Virus record (IMG/VR): IMGVR_UViG_3300030376_007003
Span: 1 to 26,783 of that record
Length of the DNA: 26,783 nt
From: a virus
Taxonomy: Duplodnaviria > Caudoviricetes
Direction: 5' to 3' (one strand)
A program made the translations under genes and the position numbers. Below are positions 16,832-24,440 of the stretch, one piece after another. A model generated the notes under the pieces. The model saw only the letters and a list, made by a program, of their open reading frames with translations. It had not been told where the DNA came from and did not search any database. Numbering within the stretch: the stretch's first letter is position 1; every line of letters begins with the position of its first letter.

Positions 16832-17188
16832 TTAATTTAATTTAGCGCGAGCAGAAAAAGACTGTGTGCTAAATGCACCGTTGCTTTTTGTTATGCTTGT
16901 TTCAGTAACTAAAAAAGTTGTGTCACTTGTTTCTGTAGCGTGTACCTTAAAAGAAAATTCGTCACCTCGTTTAAGCAAAGGTGTGTCATTTTCCACTACT
17001 GCCGTTCCGCTTGCTTCTCTTGGGCGGCCAACAAAAACTTGGCTTATAATATCACCGTCAGAGCCTTCAAGCTCTATAACATTAGTTCCTTCCGAAACCG
17101 ATATTTCTTGAAAAAGGTATTCTTCGGTGTTGATCGTAAGAACTAAACCACCAAATGAATAATTTGAACCGTCAATAGTTGCTGCCAT
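16832..17188 (-). CDS. Tail tube (major tail) protein, minimal 118 aa
   Basis: All-beta composition, MA- start, position before chaperone/TMP, own GACA motif with AU-rich leader. Confidence 0.65.
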   Translation of the reverse strand: MAATIDGSNYSFGGLVLTINTEEYLFQEISVSEGTNVIELEGSDGDIISQVFVGRPREASGTAVVENDTPLLKRGDEFSFKVHATETSDTTFLVTETSITKSNGAFSTQSFSARAKLN

Positions 17189-17211
17189 AATATTTTTTTA
17201 TAAAAAGGTTT

Positions 17212-17234
17212 ATTTCTAAGGGTTAATCTGTCAC
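17212..17234 (-). promoter_or_regulatory. Late-gene GACA motif
   Basis: GTGACA-GATTAACCCT-TAGAAAT, nearly identical to the capsid-gene copy. Confidence 0.68.
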
Positions 17235-17504
17235 CTAGCTTTTTATTTTATACCAAACTTTTTGCCGCCTTTTCCCATCACATCCTATGTCTTGGCCGTG
17301 AAAAACTAAAATTGTGCCATTTTTTATACCATTTCTTAATTGCCTACGCAATCTACATTGTCCGATTTTCATAAAATCTAAAATTTCATAAAATGTATTC
17401 CAACCTGGACCGTCTGGTTTTTTTCCTTTTAGTTGCTCTTTTGTAATTTGGTCTAAAGCATTTGCCCAGGCTACAGAGTTATTGTTTTTTCTATTAATTG
17501 CCAT
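17235..17504 (-). CDS. Small basic winged-HTH-like protein
   Basis: GWNTFYEILDFMKIGQCRLRRQL...VWYKIK; overlaps the phosphoesterase end. Confidence 0.55.
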   Translation of the reverse strand: MAINRKNNNSVAWANALDQITKEQLKGKKPDGPGWNTFYEILDFMKIGQCRLRRQLRNGIKNGTILVFHGQDIGCDGKRRQKVWYKIKS

Positions 17505-18205
17505 TTATTATTTTTTCCTTTTCTAGCTTGGTATACTTCCCATTCTTGCCCATCCGTAAAACCGTAGGCAAAACCATGTGCGTGTAGCATTCTGGCGGTT
17601 TGGTGTGCGTTATAATCCATATCTAAATTGGCTAAACATCCAACTGCCCTAGCTTGGCCACCATCAATTTTAGCAATACTTGCGTGTTGTATAGAATGCG
17701 TATGCCCATGCAAACAAATGCCACCTGGTGGTGCATAGATTTCTGCGTGTTTTTTTGTTGCATATATACCGGCATGAAATCCATGTATAAAACGGATTTT
17801 TCCTAAGTCATAATAGCCGGTATTTGATTTATAAGGTATAATTTTGCATTTAATTTTTCGGCAGCGGCTTTTTATGTCTTTTACACCTTGCTTTGCATAA
17901 TCAGCAATAATACCGCTTTCACTAAAATGGGCTGCATCCCACAGTCTTTTATCGTGGTTTCCTAATAAAAAAATATTTGGTTTAAAATCATTTAAAAAAT
18001 CAAGTCCGGCCTCAACATCTGCGGCCATGCTTTCCTGTTTTTCGCTTGGTCCGGCTCCTCTTCTTATGTTTCTAAAATCAAATAAATCACCACCAAAAAC
18101 TTTTATTTCCGGTTTCCAGATTTCACAAAATTTTAAAAGTACCTCAACGCTTTCGTAATCTTGTTGGTCACCGTGTAAATCGGTGGCAAAAATAAATTTC
18201 TTCAC
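17471..18205 (-). CDS. Calcineurin-like metallophosphoesterase
   Basis: All five motifs present: DLH, GGDLFD, LGNHD, HG, GHTH. Confidence 0.9.
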   Translation of the reverse strand: MKKFIFATDLHGDQQDYESVEVLLKFCEIWKPEIKVFGGDLFDFRNIRRGAGPSEKQESMAADVEAGLDFLNDFKPNIFLLGNHDKRLWDAAHFSESGIIADYAKQGVKDIKSRCRKIKCKIIPYKSNTGYYDLGKIRFIHGFHAGIYATKKHAEIYAPPGGICLHGHTHSIQHASIAKIDGGQARAVGCLANLDMDYNAHQTARMLHAHGFAYGFTDGQEWEVYQARKGKNNKWQLIEKTITL

Positions 18206-18214
18206 AATTAAAGA

Positions 18215-18955
18215 CTATACTAATTCCCACCCAGAACCTTGAAAAACTATTGAACTAAACCAAGTCTGGCTTAGTGGAGTAGTGTCTAAGTCAGTTTTGA
18301 AGTGAATTGAATTTTTAGTATTATCTGTTAAATATTGACCGCCAACAATTTCTACAATTGTTCCAACAGGTAAGTTTCTGCCATTGCTTGCTGCGGTTGT
18401 AAGTAATCTGACTTGCGCACCTAAAACAACTTGCGATACTTTTTCAGCTAAAACATTGGTTGGTGCTGCCGGTGGTAATATTTCACTTGTTAGAATATTG
18501 CTTGGTGCTTCCGGGGCTTTTGTTAAATTTAAATCTATTATAAATTTTAAAGTATATTGTAAAACCGTTTGATCTAAATTTTCTTCTTCTTGTTCTGTTG
18601 TTACGCTGCCAAGCGGCAATAAATCTAGAAAAGTGTATCCATCAACACTAAGACCGTTATTTGAATTTAAAAATAAATTTCGTGCTTGGCCTAAAGTTGC
18701 ATTGTGGTTGTTTCCATCTTGGCGTGTGGTGCTTACAAGTAAGCTTATTGTTCCGGTATGTGCAACATATTCAAATTTACTTTTATATTTTTGCCTTGGG
18801 TCTTCTATTGCCCCTGCATATTCAAACAGGCATTCAATACTGTCCCTAGAAATGGTACTTAAATTTCTGCCAGGAAAAGCAGATAAATTATTATTATTCA
18901 AAAACTCAACCGTGGCCGATTCAATATTTTTTTCAAATTGGAATAATGCACTCAA
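18215..18955 (-). CDS. Tail terminator/completion protein with C-terminal accessory domain
   Basis: Synteny after head closure; ~145-aa core followed by PxAP linkers and a small beta domain. Confidence 0.55.
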   Translation of the reverse strand: MSALFQFEKNIESATVEFLNNNNLSAFPGRNLSTISRDSIECLFEYAGAIEDPRQKYKSKFEYVAHTGTISLLVSTTRQDGNNHNATLGQARNLFLNSNNGLSVDGYTFLDLLPLGSVTTEQEEENLDQTVLQYTLKFIIDLNLTKAPEAPSNILTSEILPPAAPTNVLAEKVSQVVLGAQVRLLTTAASNGRNLPVGTIVEIVGGQYLTDNTKNSIHFKTDLDTTPLSQTWFSSIVFQGSGWELV

Positions 18956-19272
18956 CCTTGGCCCTCCAAAGTTAAATTATAACCGTGGCTAAATTCCAAA
19001 GTTTCCACTTCAGTTATTCTAAACTGTTTTGCCTGGTAAGTCACAAATTCATTAACTTTTGGCGGCTCCGGGTTATCTACTGTTCCCGGTTGTGCAAGCA
19101 CCATATTAATTGCTTCGTTTTGGTAATACCCGGCTGCCCTCATTGCTTTAGTCTGGTTAGTAGTCCCAACTAAAGCTTTAAGGGTTTGGCCTTTGAAGGT
19201 AATAGATTCCCCTATTACTGAAATTTCAGCAACAAGGTTGTCTTTTAAAGCCTTGCCGATTGTGTCGGCCAT
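18952..19272 (-). CDS. Head-closure / head-tail joining protein (gpFII-like)
   Basis: 106 aa, GESITF...PPKVNEFVTY..KQFRITEV beta-barrel pattern after the capsid gene. Confidence 0.68.
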   Translation of the reverse strand: MADTIGKALKDNLVAEISVIGESITFKGQTLKALVGTTNQTKAMRAAGYYQNEAINMVLAQPGTVDNPEPPKVNEFVTYQAKQFRITEVETLEFSHGYNLTLEGQG

Positions 19273-19282
19273 TGGCTTTTGC

Positions 19283-20161
19283 TTACGAGGCTTTTAAAGC
19301 TGCAATGTTGGAAGCTTTTGCAACTCCTACACCGTAGCAAGTTGTGAATGCTGCGAAGTGTTCACCTTTTGCAGCATCGTAATATCTGCGGTATGCACAT
19401 TGTATGCCCAGGCCTTCAACTTCAAACGGCGTATATTCTTCCAAAGTTGCTCCACCTTGAACATCTGGCATTCTGTTAACTACAACAATTGCGTCACTTG
19501 AACAAGCAAATGAGTGAATTTTTCCACTAGCAGTATTATTTGCGTTTTGTGGGTTTACGCTCATTCCAAAAAGGTTTGTAAACCGTCCGGATTCAACTAC
19601 ACCATTTCCGAAAGTTTCACCGGTCGCTGGAATTATTGCAGAATTTGCGGCTGCATTAACGATAAAGTGCCTATTCATTGGCGCGCCTTCTCCGTCAAGC
19701 TTTCCGGCTAATCCTTTAACATCAGAAATGGCAACTGAACCGGCTGCTTTAGCAGTAACTGAACCACCGGCAAATCCGCTTGCGGTTGCTCCGTCAAGTT
19801 CGTTAAAAATTACCCTTAAAAGATAACGGCCAAACTCGTTGGCATTTTGTGCAACATAACTTTGCAAAGTCAATGGGCTTTTGTTCAAGTCATTGTCTGA
19901 AAGATGAAATGGCTTGATTCTTTCAACAACTGAAACATCAATTGTGCTTGCATCAGTATCAGCATTTTGGCCATAACCGGTACTAGCAGAATAGTCTCTA
20001 GCTTCATCATCTGTATTTATTACCGGAACTGCAACTGTTGCGGCTCGCCCTACAACATCATTGCTGACATTTAAAGTAAATGCAGAAATTGGAGCTAACA
20101 TATTTTGCAATGTGCTAACTGCGGTTGAAATTGTAAGTTCGCTTGATATTGAATTTGCCAT
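19283..20161 (-). CDS. Major capsid protein (HK97 fold)
   Basis: 292 aa after the protease; TVAVPV, GRFTNLFGMSV and terminal YGVGV patterns. Confidence 0.82.
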   Translation of the reverse strand: MANSISSELTISTAVSTLQNMLAPISAFTLNVSNDVVGRAATVAVPVINTDDEARDYSASTGYGQNADTDASTIDVSVVERIKPFHLSDNDLNKSPLTLQSYVAQNANEFGRYLLRVIFNELDGATASGFAGGSVTAKAAGSVAISDVKGLAGKLDGEGAPMNRHFIVNAAANSAIIPATGETFGNGVVESGRFTNLFGMSVNPQNANNTASGKIHSFACSSDAIVVVNRMPDVQGGATLEEYTPFEVEGLGIQCAYRRYYDAAKGEHFAAFTTCYGVGVAKASNIAALKAS

Positions 20162-20189
20162 CTTTTTTTTGTGTTAAATAAAATTATTA

Positions 20190-20212
20190 ATTTCTAAGGG
20201 TTTGTCTGTCTA
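20190..20212 (-). promoter_or_regulatory. Late-gene GACA motif
   Basis: TAGACA-GACAAACCCT-TAGAAAT; the TAG is the protease stop codon. Confidence 0.68.
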
Positions 20213-21118
20213 CTTATTCCAATTCTTTAAGAAATAACTCATGTTATCGTTAATCATTTTTCCTTTTTCAGTCCATGAGTTGCACTTGGCCACCTGGTCC
20301 TCAATTGAAAGTGTTTCAACCTCAACTTGACCGGCTAATGGTTCAGCCCCTAAATCATCTTGCATCTTTCCAAACTTGGCTTGCCAAATAATTGTTTCGG
20401 CTTTTGCTTCGGCTAAACTTTCTGTTAATTGATTAAGTTCTAGCTCAAGGTCATCTGCTTTTTTATTTAAAAGGTCTGCGGTTTCTTTTGTCTGCTCAAG
20501 CTCAAGTTTCAAGCTTTCGTTTTCCTCCTGGGCCTTATTCAAATTAAAGCTTAAAAATTCCTCATGGTCTACTTCTTCTTCTTTTGCGATTGAGAACAAA
20601 CCGGTTGGGTTGGCTGCCGGTTCTGCAACTATTGAAAAAGCACTTACTTCTAACGCCCTAGCGTAAATTTCGTCAACGCCCTCTTGGCCGGAAAAATTTA
20701 CGGCTTCACCGTCTTGGTAAAAAAATGTTTCACCGGTAAATTCTGCACTAACACCAAATGCTTCTGGGGCTTTTTCGGCTAATTCAAAAAATGCGTCATA
20801 TTCTGCTTGATGGTGTTCTTTCCAAGAATTTAAAGCACTAAAATCTGCCGTTAGTTTTGTGTATTCGTCATCTTCCACAATTTTGAAATTGTCCCACAAT
20901 CCAATTGAGTCCAATGCCTCATTATCTTCGTGTGTATAGTAAGCTTTAATTTGCTTACCCTCGGTGGCTGCCAAAAATGATTTGATGCTTTCACCGTCTA
21001 TTTTAAGTCCGTGGCCTTTGGCCTCCGGTGTGGAAATTACACTAACACCGGTAATTTCACCGTTTTCTTTATCTACTTGCCCGGACCCAATTGATTTAAA
21101 ATAAAAAATTTCTTCCAT
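20210..21118 (-). CDS. Prohead protease with C-terminal acidic coiled-coil scaffold
   Basis: EAKGHG..ID, YYTH, FGVSAEF, VAEPAANPTGLFS, then an E-rich coiled coil. ATG 21118 preferred. Confidence 0.78.
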   Translation of the reverse strand: MEEIFYFKSIGSGQVDKENGEITGVSVISTPEAKGHGLKIDGESIKSFLAATEGKQIKAYYTHEDNEALDSIGLWDNFKIVEDDEYTKLTADFSALNSWKEHHQAEYDAFFELAEKAPEAFGVSAEFTGETFFYQDGEAVNFSGQEGVDEIYARALEVSAFSIVAEPAANPTGLFSIAKEEEVDHEEFLSFNLNKAQEENESLKLELEQTKETADLLNKKADDLELELNQLTESLAEAKAETIIWQAKFGKMQDDLGAEPLAGQVEVETLSIEDQVAKCNSWTEKGKMINDNMSYFLKNWNK

Positions 21119-21139
21119 AACTAGAAGGTGGTCTGTCAC
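21119..21139 (-). promoter_or_regulatory. Late-gene GACA motif
   Basis: GTGACA-GACCACCTTCTAGTT-ATG, immediately after the terminator. Confidence 0.62.
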
Positions 21140-21145
21140 CTAAAT

Positions 21146-21175
21146 AAAAAAAACCACCTTGTTTAAAAGGTGGCC
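21146..21175 (-). terminator. Rho-independent terminator ending the moron cassette
   Basis: GCCACCTT-TTAAAC-AAGGTGGT followed by a T-run on the minus strand. Confidence 0.8.
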
Positions 21176-21208
21176 TTCATTGAAATCATGGAATGTGTTG
21201 TTACATTT

Positions 21209-21358
21209 TCAAGGTGTTTGTTTTTTCTTTTCTCTGTTTGCTTTCCTATTGGCTTGCATTTTTGCTTGGGCTTCTGGGCTTATTGCCCTTTTGCTTTTTG
21301 CACCACCTTTTGACGCAATTGGGTTTTTAAATTCGTGTCCGCATTTTGGGCATTTCAT
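21209..21358 (-). CDS. 49-aa basic CxxC/KGG-motif protein (not in ORF track)
   Basis: MKCPKCGHEFKNPIASKGGAKSKRAISPEAQAKMQANRKANREKKKQTP*; ATGA coupling. Confidence 0.7.
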   Translation of the reverse strand: MKCPKCGHEFKNPIASKGGAKSKRAISPEAQAKMQANRKANREKKKQTP

Positions 21359-21492
21359 AGGTTAACCGTCCATTTTTCCTCCTGGTCAAGTCCTTCGCCG
21401 TGACAAACCGGGCAGCCATATAGTCCGGTAGCTACGGCTTTAATTTCTCCGCAAAACTCGCAGTTTTCTGTTTCGTTGTCTTCGCTTTCCAT
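21355..21492 (-). CDS. Small acidic zinc-finger protein
   Basis: CEFC...CPVCHGEG; ATG 21492 preferred over 21540. Confidence 0.65.
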   Translation of the reverse strand: MESEDNETENCEFCGEIKAVATGLYGCPVCHGEGLDQEEKWTVNL

Positions 21493-21518
21493 TGTATTTG
21501 CTGTGTAGGTTATATGGT

Positions 21519-21914
21519 TTAGCGTAGTAAAAAATCGCATCTTTTTAGGGCATCGCTCCAGCTATCTATATATATATCCTGGTCTTCTAGCTCTATAGTT
21601 TGGTCGCTTTCTATATATGGGCAATTATCGTTTAAATCGTAGTGTAAAGCGTGTTTTTCTATCAACTTACAAGTTTCTGCCCGGCTATATTTTTCTCTTT
21701 CTGCTATTTTTTGGTTTGTATGCTCAAGCTGTCTAAGCTCGTCTATTTCTTTTTGTCTGCTAGCTATTCTTTTGTTTAGGTCATCTCTTCGTTGTATTAG
21801 TCTAGCTACATCTTTTTGTTTACTATCTCTTTTTTGTCCGGCTTTTAAAGCCTGGTCGGCGTGGTGTTCCATTTCGGCGTTTAGTGGGCTATCTTGTGCT
21901 ATTAATGATTTCAT
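21519..21914 (-). CDS. Moron-encoded coiled-coil hypothetical protein
   Basis: ATG 21914 follows an A-rich leader; the ATG at 21965 lies inside the -10 box. Confidence 0.65.
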   Translation of the reverse strand: MKSLIAQDSPLNAEMEHHADQALKAGQKRDSKQKDVARLIQRRDDLNKRIASRQKEIDELRQLEHTNQKIAEREKYSRAETCKLIEKHALHYDLNDNCPYIESDQTIELEDQDIYIDSWSDALKRCDFLLR

Positions 21915-21960
21915 TTTTTTTATTTTGGTTGTTTGTATATTTTTTTGGTGTGAAGTAATT

Positions 21961-21989
21961 AACATAGCTTGTTATGTTAATCATGTCAA
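21961..21989 (-). promoter_or_regulatory. Sigma70-type promoter of the moron
   Basis: TTGACA-17 nt-TATGTT with an A-rich UP-like tract upstream. Confidence 0.75.
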
Positions 21990-22020
21990 GCTTTTCCAAA
22001 CTTTTTTTTAATATTTTTAT

Positions 22021-22056
22021 AAAAAAAGCCCACCGGGGAACCACTCCCGATGGGCT
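22021..22056 (-). terminator. Rho-independent terminator after portal
   Basis: AGCCCATCGGG-loop-CCCGGTGGGCT followed by a T-run. Confidence 0.82.
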
Positions 22057-22089
22057 AATAATGCGTATATTAACAATAACTAACCAAAT

Positions 22090-23454
22090 TTATTCTTCCG
22101 GTGGTGCGGTTCCATACTTCGCTTGCAAACTCTTCATAAGTGCCTTGTCTTTTTCCATTCGCTCGGCCTCGGCCTCAAAGTCCTTGCCATTGTTTGCAAA
22201 AATTTCTGTGTGGCTTGCCAGGTTTTCTTTCAACAAAATTGCGTCTGTTTGTGCGTCTTGCCTTCGGTCTAATGTCGGTGATGTTGTCCATTGGAAAGAA
22301 AAATTTTCGTGTTCGCCCTCCGGTGGTTCTGGTAATTCCCCGGCTGCGGTGGCCTTGTAACACCTCCAAGTCAATAATCTTCTTAAAAAGCTTTCTTCTA
22401 TAAATTCTCGCAACATTGCAAACCGGTGGTTTGTAACTGCTCTTGTGCTTTTGCTGCTTGAAAAACTTGCGTTACTCCATCCAACCAAATTTTCCACCGT
22501 TATGCCTACACTTGAACAAGCAAAAGAAATTAATTGTGTCAAAAATTGGTCCACTCCATCAATGTTGCCGCCCTGGATAGTCTCAACGCTTTCGCCTTGT
22601 TCTAATAATAAAATGCTACCGTTATATAATTTTGTATAAGTTGAACGCATTGGTTCACCGTCAAAATCGTTACCATCCCACCGGGCAGAATATGGTTGGT
22701 TTGAAGTAATAAATCCGGTCAATGCTGAACTAGTTTTAACCTTGGCGGTGTAAGCTGCCTGGACCGTGTGTATATCTTGCAATGTTTGGGCTGCACTTGC
22801 CAACATTGGTGTTCCTCTTAATTGTCCAATTCGGCTTTTGTTTGCAATGTGTATTAAATTCTTTGCTTCAATATAGCTACCCTTATCATAATCAACCATA
22901 CCATTTGATACCTGGCAAATACGGTAAGATTTAACTTGGCCGAAACGGTCCAAAACTATTCCATCCGATTCGTTGGCTTTTCTTTTGTCTGGAAATTTGC
23001 TGCTTGCAACTCTTTCAGATGGTACTAACTGAATGCTGCCTCCTTTTGTTAATATGCAAAATACTTCACCGGCTAAAAGTAAATCTGTAATGATTGAACC
23101 AAGCACCCGGCTAATTCCTTGACCGGTAATTTCAACCTTTTTTAAATACTTATTTAAAACCTTTTCTTTTTGATTATTAAAATCACTATTTTCTGTTGTG
23201 CTTCTTAATTGGCAATGGCCTAAATTACTTACAAATACTTGGGTAATTGCTTTTGCAATTGGGTTGTTTCGCTCCAAATCCCTCAAGCAGCTTAATAATT
23301 CCAAGCGGTTTGAATGCTGCAATACTCGCTCTTCACTTAGTGCTATGCTTGAACGGTCTAAGGCATCTTCATTTTTCCTCCAACTTGGCCGGGCAGCACC
23401 GTATCCCAAATTAATGGGTTGGCCCCTGTGGTCTAATAATTCTTGTCGCTGCAT
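22090..23454 (-). CDS. Portal protein, lambda family
   Basis: RDLERNNPIA, GIVLDRFG...Y, RIGQLRGTP, WSNASFSSS, TLDRRQD patterns. Confidence 0.92.
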   Translation of the reverse strand: MQRQELLDHRGQPINLGYGAARPSWRKNEDALDRSSIALSEERVLQHSNRLELLSCLRDLERNNPIAKAITQVFVSNLGHCQLRSTTENSDFNNQKEKVLNKYLKKVEITGQGISRVLGSIITDLLLAGEVFCILTKGGSIQLVPSERVASSKFPDKRKANESDGIVLDRFGQVKSYRICQVSNGMVDYDKGSYIEAKNLIHIANKSRIGQLRGTPMLASAAQTLQDIHTVQAAYTAKVKTSSALTGFITSNQPYSARWDGNDFDGEPMRSTYTKLYNGSILLLEQGESVETIQGGNIDGVDQFLTQLISFACSSVGITVENLVGWSNASFSSSKSTRAVTNHRFAMLREFIEESFLRRLLTWRCYKATAAGELPEPPEGEHENFSFQWTTSPTLDRRQDAQTDAILLKENLASHTEIFANNGKDFEAEAERMEKDKALMKSLQAKYGTAPPEE

Positions 23455-23702
23455 ATTATTGCTTGCTTAAATGTTGGATTTATTGGCGTACCTTGCAACC
23501 TAGCACTAATAATATTGTATTCTTGTTCTGCCCTATCCAATTCAAGTTTTACTTTTTCTAGGTCCATAAAAACCTTGGTATTTCCGGCACTTGTGGTGCT
23601 TGTCATTCCAATGGCCTCTATACGCTCAAGTGTTGCTTGCAGCCGGGTAATTCGTGCCGATATAAAATCTAGTTTGTCCTGGTCTGTTCTAAAATTTGCC
23701 AT
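23433..23702 (-). CDS. gpW-like head-completion protein
   Basis: 89 aa helix-hairpin-helix directly upstream of the portal. Confidence 0.62.
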   Translation of the reverse strand: MANFRTDQDKLDFISARITRLQATLERIEAIGMTSTTSAGNTKVFMDLEKVKLELDRAEQEYNIISARLQGTPINPTFKQAIICSDKNY

Positions 23703-23725
23703 TTCTTAAAGGGTAAGGCTGTCTA
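23703..23725 (-). promoter_or_regulatory. Late-gene GACA motif
   Basis: TAGACA-GCCTTACCCTTTAAGAA-ATG. Confidence 0.62.
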
Positions 23726-23726
23726 T

Positions 23727-24440
23727 TTAATTAAAAAGCAAAGGGTAGCGGCTTGTACGAAATTGCATCTCATTAAATAAATTTCTTCTTATTGCATTTT
23801 TAAAATTATTTATTCGCCCTTGTGTTTTTAACATTAAAATTCTTTGCGCGCCTGTTCCTTTACTCACTAGCATTCCCCGGCTTTCTAGTTTTATTTCATA
23901 GCTTCGCCTTTGTCCGGTTGCCCTTGGGCTTAAAAATGGTGTTACTTGGTTTCGTAAATGTGAGCTTTTTAGATAATTTGCCGGTTGTCTTGGCAATGGA
24001 ATATTAAGCATTCTTGACATAAAATAAAATTGTGATGCCCCCATTCCTCGGTTTGCTTTTTTACGATCAAATTTGTCTCGTTGTTCGCTTAAAAATTCTT
24101 CCCACTTTGTCCGGCCTAACCACTTTGTGTATGGTAAAATATATTTTGAACCGTTTATGCCATCCCCTAAAATCGGTGTGCCTACATGATAATTAAAACC
24201 ATTTTTTTTGCTTATCAATTTACCACCGGTATTTCTACGGTGTACAATCCCTTGCGGCATCACATATTTAACAATGTTTTTAATTTTTGCCTTTGGCGTT
24301 GATGTAGTTGCCCCACTTAGAATATGCCCGGCTTCAGCTTTAACTGTGCTTTCAAAATCTCTACCACTAATCCGGCTCAATGATTGAATAACTGCACCAA
24401 ATTTGGAAACATCAACTACTTGTCTATTTTGCCTGGCCAT
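23727..24440 (-). CDS. Basic protein resembling neck/tail-completion proteins (HK97 gp10/lambda gpZ-like)
   Basis: VDVSKF...L...SGRD...VK.EAG.IL....TP N-terminus; highly basic. Confidence 0.5.
   Translation of the reverse strand: MARQNRQVVDVSKFGAVIQSLSRISGRDFESTVKAEAGHILSGATTSTPKAKIKNIVKYVMPQGIVHRRNTGGKLISKKNGFNYHVGTPILGDGINGSKYILPYTKWLGRTKWEEFLSEQRDKFDRKKANRGMGASQFYFMSRMLNIPLPRQPANYLKSSHLRNQVTPFLSPRATGQRRSYEIKLESRGMLVSKGTGAQRILMLKTQGRINNFKNAIRRNLFNEMQFRTSRYPLLFN

Noticed and set aside
22175-22369. 64-aa alternative-frame ORF inside the portal gene
   Set aside because: It is short and has no motif or complementation logic, unlike the nested methylase ORF.
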